Assembly: GCF_964204645.1 (NCBI RefSeq)
Contig: NC_134025.1
Location: 14,694,001 to 14,758,000, forward strand
DNA: 64,000 nucleotides
Direction of reading: 5' to 3'
Source of the DNA: Tubulanus polymorphus
Taxonomy: Eukaryota; Animalia; Nemertea
Below, in pieces: positions 54,105 through 64,000 of this stretch. Numbering within the stretch: position 1 is the stretch's first letter; every line of letters starts with the position of its first letter. Under the pieces are notes generated by a model, which ran no database searches, was not told the origin of the DNA, and saw nothing but the letters and a program-made list of their open reading frames with translations. The position numbers and the translations under genes are program-made.

Positions 54105-55121
54105 ACTAGGGGTCCAGGGACACCATGCCCACTTGGGAAGTGGTTTCCAATGCTCAACAATCTAACAATTTCAATTTTCAACGCCCCCTGGTGACCATAT
54201 ACAAAAACCAATGACCTTGAAACTCACCAATCACAGAACATGCAGCAGCTACGATTTTGTAATTGATTGTGATAACAAAATATGCCTCGTTACCAATTTA
54301 ACATGGAAATACTAAATAATTCTAGTATTCAACGCCCCCTGGTGACCATATGCAAAACCCTATGACCTTAAAACTCACCACAATCATAGAACAGGTTATA
54401 AACTACAACTTTGCAATTGATCATGGTAACAAAATATGCCTAGGTACCAATCTAATAAGGAAATACTAAGTTATTCTACTATTCAACGCCCCCTGGTGAC
54501 CATATAGAATAACTAATGTCTTTAAAACTCACCACAATCATAGATGATGTCATGAGCTACAACTTTGCAATTGATTGGGGTAACAAAATATGCTTAGGTA
54601 TCAATGTAATGCGGAAAAACATTTTCCCACCTACAAATGAGTACTGATGATACCAAGTTGGCCCCTAATTGCGTCATAATTGGCCGATCAAAAATACAGA
54701 TATAAAGAATTTTGGCCAAAATTGACATTTTTGGGCACTAAAAAGGTCATAGGACGGCCATCTTGAGTCCGATCGACCCAATTTTTCTTATGATGATGAG
54801 CCCTTGGGGGATTCAAATATATACGAAAGATCAAGGTAATTGATCAAAGCATCTTCAAAATTTCCCTCAAAAAGTTCAAAAAGTGTAAAAAGTGCTGATT
54901 TTGACAAACAACAATGGCTGCCAGTCGGCCATTTTGAATCTGAAAATGCCAGTTTTTGGGCTGAAGATGTGTCTAGGGTAGATACATGTATAAACCAAAT
55001 ATCAAGACATTACCTTGAAGCTTCCTCAAAACTTCCAAAAATAAGTGGATTCCATCTACGGACGGACGGACGGCCGGACAAACGGACAGATGATAAGTGA
55101 ACGCAATAGCCCACTGGGACT
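54105..55121 (+). mobile_element. HINE family C, copy 3
   Basis: Same 5' terminus, ~152-bp units, (GGAC)n, and a 3' end gtgaacgcaatagcccactgggac. Confidence 0.85.
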
Positions 55122-57898
55122 TAATTAAATACCAGTTTCATTTATGACGAAAAAACTCAAATAAAAACTTAAAAGCAGCCTGCTCTGGTTTATAAAGAAG
55201 CCTGCTCAGACGAATGCTAACAGTTTTAAAAAAAAATCTTTTCTTTTTAATAACTTGGATTTAGGGATTTTGGGAGGAAATCGTCGGTGGGATAAAGGGA
55301 AAAAATTTAAAAAAAAACTTCTTTATTCTGAGGTGGTGTACACTTTTATGTGGGTGGAAGAGAAAGAAAAACGGAGCAGTTAGCATCCCTGCAAGTTTGA
55401 AAACTAGAGGGAAAAAGGTCCCGAGGCTCGAAATATTGTAAGCTCGATCATCAAAATCGTTGTCGGTATGGATTGATATTGCCTTAAATACAATTAGAGG
55501 GGTTGAGAAATGAAGGTATCATTTTAGTCATCGGTGTATGTTTAATCAAAGTTATACTTACCATGACCACCGGATACAGTCTGCTCTCGGCAAAATTGCC
55601 TAGAACCCATGACATAGGCCAATGACCATGCAGTCCATGGGGTACAAGCTTCACATCCATCTGTTAACACAGTTATTTGAAGCTGTTCACAGACTGAACC
55701 ATAGGCCAACTGCTAATTGTACCCTTAGGCCCTGGAGCTAGTCAAACGATCGACCAAGTGGAACAGAATGAATATTTACCAGCAGTTTCTTTAGAATTCT
55801 TACATGATATCTTAAAGATTGATTATGGGAATCTTTGACTTGACAAATGTTTGATAGATCAAGGAGAATGATACAAAACAACTACGATGAGTGTGTAGGC
55901 CGGTTACTGACGAGTAGTTACCTAATCGTTGGTGGTTAAAGCTTTTATAATCGGATGGGATATTTGTGAAAATATCCGAACGTGAAACTAATCCGGCTAC
56001 AGTCGAAATTAAAACTAGTTACTTACGAAATTAAGTTACCGACTTCAAGGTTTTAATGGTTTCACAAAAGAAATTTTTTATAGTAAAAGATATCGTGAAT
56101 AATATTTCTTCTGCTAATTCAAGACCTTTTTGATAAAATGAGCGTGTGGATTGTAGCCTACGCGCGACCCGCTCCCTAATACGCATTATATATTACTGAT
56201 ACATACACGGTGATCGCCGCGTATATAAGGCGATATTGTCTACCGGACTGTAACTAATGTTATCGATGCGTGCTCTCATCACTGTGCCGCAAACTAGACA
56301 CACATAATCGGGCTCTAAAAACGGATCGCTGTCGCGAAAGTCCAAAAGAATTAATGACGATAAATCATTTTACTAGTAATAGTAAGATAGTTTTCAGCGT
56401 TGCTCGACGTACGAGTGTCGATTCAACAGCAGCTAATGTTGAATCGATGTAGCACGTGTACTCGCCGAGTCCATATCACCAATGCATAAACATTCAATTA
56501 ATCCGCTGACACACACACCAAGAAAATATGGAAATTTCGGGCAATAAACGACAATATGAGAAATAAACAACTAAATCATGGAATAAGCCTATGTAAAGTG
56601 CTATTTCAAAAATGTATGTGTGGCACTATTTTAAGCGCGGACTAATACAGTTTTACTTCTAGATAGGGGTGGCGCTACTTAAGAGTTTCAATTTTTTTAT
56701 TTCGGCAATATTTAATTAACCAAATAACAAAAATTCACCATATATGAACTCAACCTTCTACGTTTCATATTCAAGCAACTGTGAAAGTTCCAGATGCGTA
56801 CGTGGCGTTAAACGGACGTAATCGTTTGACGTGACGGATTTCATAATAACAAATGACAAAAATGACATTTTTCAGTTAAGAATCTATGATTCCAAAGTAA
56901 TTGAGCTGTTTTATGAATTACTTTGATTTCAGATCGATCGCTGAGAATCCAGTCATGTAAGAATTCCACCTCAAGTACATAAATAGATTCTATTAATAGC
57001 TCTCTACTAATCCACTGAGTCAAGTAAAACCCTGTAATTAAATGTGTCGCAACTATTCTGTGTCAGACTATTACAAACTGGAACTTACACCATTTTACTA
57101 GACAGTTTATAAATCCACAAAGAATAGAATCAAATTGACACATTGATGAGATTTCAAGTTTCACATGTACTTTAGTTGCGTTTTCCTCTTGAAACAAGTT
57201 CTGAGGCGCTTTTATGAAATTGAATCCGATTCGGTTTAGCTAAATCCGATTTGATGTCGGAAAACAAAAGGACTAGTAAATCGAATTTTTCTTCAATGAG
57301 TCAAATCAATTTATCAATCCAAAGGAGAATGGGTGTCAATGGAGACCAACTTATTGATAGATGATGGTCTGTGATAGATGTATTTAGCCCGCGATCGAAG
57401 AGGACTCCATGTTGGATTTCACAGATTAAATCGTCACTAACTTGCTCGCCAAGCGGTTAGCAGACATAAGAATTAAAAAATAAATTGCCCATGGCCAAAG
57501 TGTGGTTTACCTTGAAAGCTAGAGGTTGTTTGGAGTAAGGGCATTGCTTGAAAAATCTTTTTAATTCGTGAGTTGAAGGTTCTAGTAGTTTACCGTATAT
57601 TGTATTTTATCTTTCTTAAAGAATTATTTTGTAGTCAAATATGACCATATCACCAAAGATAAACATTTGTTTATGGTCTACGTCCAAAATTTTGTAGGGT
57701 TCAGGCAGGCGCGGCATTGGAAACTATTTTATATTTTCAAAAAAATACTTTTCACGATATGAAATAAATTGCCCATTGGCAAAGTGTGGTTTACCTTGAA
57801 AGCTAGAGGTTGTTTGGAGTAATGGCATTGCTTGAAAAATCTTTTTAATTCGTGACTTCAAAGTTCCACAAGTTTATATTGTATTTTATCTTTCTTAA

Positions 57899-58416
57899 CC
57901 CTTTGAGGTCAAACGGGACTTTTGGGTCTGAACCCCATTAACCCACAATAAGTTGATTATCAAAAGAATAAATTCCAACCTACTACTTTTAAATAATGCA
58001 TAACTATGTTTTCTAACATTTCCAATTCATCAAATTGTTTTCTGATGATTGACTAGGATGTGGTCACCATGGAAACATGATGAGACAAAACCTGTGAAAA
58101 AAATCCTGTCGGGACTTTTAAGTCCAACCACGCATAACTCCTATATAAGCAATGGGACCTAAAAGTCCCTACAGGGGTTTGAAGATACTGTTATTTGCAG
58201 ATGATTTCAGGTGGTTTTGGCAAGATATCTGTCTCGACCTTGTCATGAAGTAAGGATGAATTTTCAGATTTTTCGACTTCCGGTTGCCATAGCAACCATG
58301 GGATTTGATGAATTCAATTTTTTTCACCCGAAATGTTTAAGTTGCTATATAACCAAGTTCATAATAGCATAAATACAATGTTTCTCCATAGTTAGAGTTA
58401 CTCGGACCTCAAAGGG
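57899..58416. mobile_element. piggyBac-like MITE, TTAA TSD, empty site visible in paralogues
   Basis: TTAA|CCCTTTGAGGTC ... GACCTCAAAGGG|TTAA. The uninterrupted ctttcttaaagaattat is seen at ~57611 and ~63720. Confidence 0.92.
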
Positions 58417-58572
58417 TTAACAAATTATTTTGTAGTCAAATAAGACCAAAGATATACATTTGGTTACGGTCCACGTCCAAAAGTTTGTAGGGTACAGGTA
58501 GGCGTGGCAGGGAAATTATTTTATATTTTCAAAAAAAATATTTTTCACAATATGAAAAAAATATTCAAATAA

Positions 58573-59815
58573 GGCCATCCCAAAATAATTGTCTGTTTGC
58601 CGTAACACCGACTCAACTTTTCAGGATGAGTCGGTAGGAAAAAAGATTTTTTTTGCTAAATTTTTGGGCAAAAAAACAAATTTATCACCTTTTTACATGG
58701 ATACAATATCGCAAAAATCATCTATGTTGTGCACAGGAAATTTGTCTAATAGCGTTGATTTGGAGAATTATTCTAAAATTATAACTTCATCCAGGAAGAA
58801 AGCCACTAAATATTAGGATGGATATATGAAAGCTGTGCGTACTGGAGTGTGTAATGGGTAGTGTAGTGTGATCTGTGTGCATTTGTGGCCAGCACACAGA
58901 TCACATTGTTCATTGGGGTTTAGTCCAGGACTCGGGAGATTTTCAACAACACGGAAGTAACGTGTAATCAATGATGACTTGAATTGCATGACTACCTACC
59001 ACCCCTCATTATTGTTGGAAAACTAAACGTTCCGCACTGACTAAAGATTAGTAATAATAATTAATAACATTTTAGAAATGGCCAGAATTTTAACTTATGT
59101 TCTATCTCATTTTTATTTCACAATTGCGATTGGTATAATTTTTTTTTAAACGGCTGTTAAGGCTTCATGTTTCGTCTGCAATTCACTGCAAATAGTTACA
59201 CAACTACGCACATTTCAGTGTTTTTGGCAGCTGTACACTCAATCGGAACCGTTCGTGACTAGCTTCACTGCGGAATTATCATTAATTAACATCGCCATAT
59301 CACATCATCAACTTATATTGTGCCTTAAAACCCTAACAGCCGAAATAATTGAAATGCACACACGATTTCTATCATTGAAAATTGAGAGAGTGGCCGTGTT
59401 TGTGTTCTGCTGCTTCGCGTAAATCCCGCGCGGTGGCGCAACCGCGCGGAGTGGGACCGATACGTCCAGAGCGACATCTATGTGTTAAAAATGAAACAGT
59501 ACATTGAATATGTGCGCGGTTTTACGTTACCAGCTTGGATATAGTCACTATGAGAATGAATGCAGCTTATTGGAACACTGCCAGTTTCCTGGAAAACTTA
59601 AATTAGGCCACATTGACAAGGCATGTTTTCACACGATGCACACTTGAATTCAAACATATAAAATACGTAGCTCATATGTAGGCAGTGGGTCGGTCGGCCG
59701 TTTTTATCAAAAATAAAATTTATTCCAATGAATCCCAGCAAAAAAGTTTTCACTCGGTACCTTTGAAGTCGGGTCGGTCGGGTTACGGCAAACAGACCAT
59801 TAATATGGGATGGCC
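58573..59815. mobile_element. PIF/Harbinger-like MITE, long form, TAA TSD
   Basis: TAA|GGCCATCCCAAAATAAT ... ATTAATATGGGATGGCC|TAA. The empty site tattcaaataaaattcatatg is at ~28386 and ~63871. Confidence 0.9.
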
Positions 59816-61039
59816 TAAAATTCATATGATGTCACATATCAGAGGGTGGCTGAATATTGGGTCGTGGAAACCTCTTCCAATGTTGGCCGCGGAAGTAAAA
59901 ATAGCGGTACAGAAGAAATCGGTTATTAGATCGTTTTACAACCTGGAATTTACGACTACAATATTCAGCCCTCGACCTATACTTTTAGTTTGCTGCTTAA
60001 TATTTTCAGGTCACAAGAAATTACAATTTATTACAAATTCTATCAAACAGAAAACATGCGTTACAGCATCACCTTGAGTAGTGTACTGTATGAGCTTGTG
60101 TGTGTGTCGTGTAGCACTCTGCGCGCACAGGTGGAGGCCTCATGTAAGTGAATGTTCGCTTACACTTTAATGTCAATCAAAACAATCACCGGGTATTAAA
60201 ATGAAACAATACCTTTGGCGGATGTGTGAAATAATTACATCCTCACCAGCAATGAGCATTTAAAATTCGCACGGATACGGCACCTAGTCCAATGAAACGT
60301 ACGCCATTCTATGGCTTTCCCATAATTATTTTAGTAGCGCCGGAATTCCCCGTATATCCCAAAAACAGCCAATCCCATTCGCTCGTAGAGACGACGCCCC
60401 CCAATCGAGGTCATTGCAATTTTATACGTGAGAGCTAAGAATTTTCCGGCCAAAAACAGTTTTTCGTAGAATTTTAACTCAGTTGACCGTGTCATCGACG
60501 GAGGTTCGCCATGTCTTCAATCGCATCGATTATACGTCGTTTAGGCCGAGAACCAATGAAACAAATGCTCAGATTAAAAAACGTACCGCGATTTTACATG
60601 AATTGGCTCAATACCAACCTCATATCGCTGACAAAGGTAAACCAAAAATATTCATATAAAATTCATATGATGTCGCATATCAGAGGGTGGCTGAATATTG
60701 AGTCTTGGAAACGAAACCTCCTCCAATGTATGGTAGCGGTAGCTAAAACACCAGGCGTAGTATTAGATCGTTTTAAACCCTAGAATTTACCACTACAATA
60801 TTCAGACCTCGACCTATACCTATAGTTTGCTGCTTAGTATTTTCAGGTCACATTTATTACAAATTCTATCAAACAGAAAACATGGCGCACATCTTCTGCT
60901 ACGACGATTATTCAGCCTGTTATCATACCAAATGTGCACGTGCCAAGCGGCGTTACAGCATCACCATATAGTAGTCTGCATGAGCATGTGTTTGTGTGTC
61001 CAACAGTCTAATGTTAGCGCTCCCGCAACTTCAAGAAAA

Positions 61040-62040
61040 TAGGTGATACAGTGTTCTACCATTCCCTCGTAACAAAGTACATGTGTATCAATTTTCATAG
61101 AAATCCCTCCATCCGATAAGTAGATATCAATGAAAATGCATTTCCAACAATTTGTAGGTAGCGCTACTGGAGCACCATATGAGTTACCTACTTAAACCTT
61201 ACACTAATACAAGTGTCTTGTAAAGGGGTACTAACCACACATTGCAACCTCGATTCTATCACCAACGGTTAAGGACCTAGGAGAAAAAATCGTTGTTTTC
61301 ACAGTCCCCTGGTGGCAGTTGTATGAACTAATCATGCAGGTTGGCATATTACGCACGTCTTTGTACTGATACCAAGTTTTGTGATTTTCATAATAAACAG
61401 ACCGCCTTACATACGAAAAATCAATGCTGAAATCAATTTTTCAAAATTTACGCCCCCTAGTGGTTAAAATAGGAACTAATCATGTGAGGGGTTCGTTGCA
61501 TTTAGTAACCAGGTACATGTGTATCAATTTTTATAGAAATCCAATGATTCCCTTGGTCGATATAGATGAAAATGAGTTTTCCAGCGTCTTTTAGGTGGCG
61601 CTACTGGAGAACCATATGAGTTACATAGTTATACCATACATCAATACAAGCGTCTTGTCAAGGGCTACTGATCACTCATCGCAACCACGATTCAATCTCC
61701 ACCGGTTAAGGAGCTAGGAGCAAAAATCTCTTTGAAAAAGTTCGGGTCCCGTTTCGAGCCCGTAGAGCCCAAACGGTTAATCGCAGATAGGGCGTGCCAT
61801 TGACTTTTTTAGCCTCCAGGCTGTCATGAACATTTTTCGTGCTCAGCCGAAGCTGAAAACTCAAAGACAAAAATTTTTCTCACACAGTAACTTTTCGATG
61901 TCAGAATTTTCAAAAGTACAACGCCCCCTGGTGGGTGAACGGGGTCCCCAATCAAAGATCTCTTCGACTTACCTCAAGGTACCTGTGTTCCGTACATCTC
62001 ACGAAAGTTTCAAGTAAATCCGTCAAGGAATATTGTAATG
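61040..62040. repeat. Repeat with ~440-bp internal duplication and CTCF-like motifs (probable HINE body)
   Basis: 61076-61290 resembles 61513-61730. CCCCTGGTGG/CCCCCTAGTGG motifs are present, and a related fragment is at ~20220-20320. Confidence 0.6.
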
Positions 62041-62520
62041 CTAACAGAATATAGCCATCCAGGCTCTTGCTTATAGATACCGTAGCTGCATTCATTAGCT
62101 CTATCCAGGGAAGTTACTGCAAGGATGCTATTGCTTGTATATGCCGCACAAAAATTCCTCAGTTGCGTTCACTCGAGACTGACCATATTCAGTGCGCCAC
62201 ATATATATAAAAATACTAAAAAACTACAGATCTAGTACACCAGCTCTATCACTGCTTATAGGGACACTGACTGACGCGCTGTGGGAATGACACGTAGGCA
62301 ATACACATACGTAGATGGATACCGTTTGAATCGGGCTTAAATTTCGATGTTTAGAGGCTCATTGTGAGTAAACAGTTCAATTCTTATTAATATTATATAC
62401 AGTATTTGTCAATGCAGCGTAGTACTTGTGATACTGAATGGTTTCACCGACAGTGACAGTAAATTGCAGTTGTTTATATCCTTTCAGTAAGATCAGTGTG
62501 AAACAGAATATAATAATAAT

Positions 62521-62960
62521 AATAATAATAATCAGCAGGAATACAATAGGGTTTCTGTGAAGGCAGCAGAAACCCTAATAATAATAATCAGCAGGAATAC
62601 GATAGGGTTTCTGTGAAGGCAGCAGAAACCCTTTCTGCGAAGGCAGCAGAAACCCTAATAATAATAATCAGCAGGAATACAATAGGGTTTCTGCGAAGGC
62701 AGCAGAAACCCTAATAATAATAATCAGCAGGAATACAATAGGGTTTCTGCGAAGGCAGCAGAAACCCTAATAATAATAATCAGCAGGAATACGATAGGGT
62801 TTCTGTGAAGGCAGCAGAAACCCTTTCTGCGAAGGCAGCAGAAACCCTAATAATAATAATCAGCAGGAATACAATAGGGTTTCTGCGAAGGCAGCAGAAA
62901 CCCTAATAATAATAATCAGCAGGAATACAATAGGGTTTCTGCGAAGGCAGCAGAAACCCT
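62521..62960. repeat. Tandem array of a 56-bp hairpin unit with a 192-bp higher-order duplication
   Basis: Seven units of (AAT)4-CAGCAGGAATACAAT-AGGGTTTCTGCGAAGGCAGCAGAAACCCT plus two 24-bp partial units. 62577-62768 equals 62769-62960. Confidence 0.95.
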
Positions 62961-63020
62961 AATAATAATAACAATCAACAGAATTACAAGAGGGTTTTCG
63001 ACGAAAGTCAGAAAACCCTA

Positions 63021-63210
63021 ATTAAACAAAATCATGAAACAATGAAAACGACAACCGATATAGCCAATATAGGAAAGGAACCTAGATTTTATTACTGCAT
63101 GTGTGTAAATATCAGAGCCCAAGAAAGTTTCTAACGAAAGTTATCGACTCCCCAAGCTAGTTATCAATCCGTGTGATAGCAACATGGGCTTGCATTTGCA
63201 AGCCCATGAT
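63021..63210 (+). repeat. Dispersed repeat end with terminal hairpin, second copy at 16587-16780
   Basis: Near-identical to 16587-16780 and ends CATGGGCTTGCA-TT-TGCAAGCCCATG. Confidence 0.8.
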
Positions 63211-63399
63211 TATGATTCTGTATCAGAGGTCTCAAAAAATTCAAGATTTTCCCTTACTGTATAATTTAATGATTCATGGACATAAATAGCAACTCCTACG
63301 CCTATTCTGTTCGCTCTGTTAACTAAAGTGCATTTATATCCATCTAAACTGTACAAATTCCATTGTCCTGTGGGTTGTAGGCCCATGTTTCTGTGATTG

Positions 63400-63530
63400 C
63401 AATTACTTTAAACAGACAATTTAAAGAGTACTAAGTTTCTTAGTATCTTGTTTATTATAAAAATACGAACTTCAAAGAAATTAAATATGGTGTACCTCAA
63501 GGTTCGGTTCTTGGACCGTTACTTTTTCAT
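63400..63530 (+). mobile_element. CR1/L2 LINE RT fragment
   Basis: KYGVPQGSVLGPLLF motif at ~63483-63527. Confidence 0.75.
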
Positions 63531-63596
63531 GGAAAAGATATTGAAAAAGATATTTTTACAGAAATTGATATTGAAATACAATTTTAGATCTTAAAC

Positions 63597-64000
63597 AAAT
63601 TGCCCATGGGCAAAGTGTGGTTTACCTTGAAAGCTAGAGGTTGTTTGGAGTAAGGGCATTGCTTGAAAATCTTTTTTATTTGTGACTTCGAAGTTCTAGA
63701 AGTTTATATTGTATTTTATCTTTCTTAAAGAATTATTCTGTAGTCAAATAAGACCAAAGATAAACATTTGTTTATGGTCTACCTCCAGAGATTTCGTAGG
63801 GTACAGGTAGGCGCGGCAGGGAAACTATTTTATATTCAAAAAAAAATATTTTTTTCACGATATGAAAAAATATTCAAATAAAATTCATATGATTTCACAT
63901 ATCAGAGGGTGGCTGAATATTGAGTCTTGGAAACGAAACCTCTTCCAATGTATGGCCGCGGAAGCTAAAAGACCAGGGCGTAGTATTAGATCGTTTTAAA
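63597..64000 (-). mobile_element. Family A Helentron-like copy running off the window end
   Basis: Perfect palindrome TTGCCCATGGGCAA followed by TGGTTTACCTTG and the family A body. Confidence 0.82.

Larger units (their letters stand above)
57482..61020 (-). mobile_element. Cluster of tandem/partial family A Helentron-like copies with two nested MITEs
   Basis: The terminus aaattgcccat is repeated at 57482 and 57766. The other terminus aaggtaaacca is at ~60644, followed by a restart of an internal segment. Confidence 0.82.

Noticed and set aside
59685-60077. 130-aa ORF
   Set aside because: It crosses the MITE/family A junction, so it is a chance frame.
62521-62960. CRISPR-like appearance (palindromic ~29-bp repeats at regular spacing)
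   Set aside because: The intervening sequences are identical rather than unique spacers, there are no cas genes, and the context is eukaryotic.

Overview
This is AT-rich, repeat-dense eukaryotic DNA, probably from an invertebrate animal (not identifiable further). I found no intact host gene, and almost all listed ORFs are chance frames. The window is a set of nested, mostly decayed transposons. Retroelements: the 3' end of a Gypsy-like LTR element with an extra SGNH/GDSL-esterase-like ORF before its LTR (1-2236), a BEL/Pao integrase plus LTR abutting a ~760-bp satellite (~40060-44559), two Penelope remnants with degenerate hammerhead motifs, CR1/L2 fragments and a tRNA-derived SINE. DNA elements: an intron-containing AcademX-like transposase pseudogene (~7131-12545), several non-autonomous Helentron-like families (one with arrays of CTCF-like motifs), and MITEs of piggyBac, Harbinger, hAT and CACTA type, several with readable TSDs. 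There is also a 56-bp hairpin tandem array with higher-order structure (62521-62960). All family assignments come from motif recognition by eye; no database searches were run.
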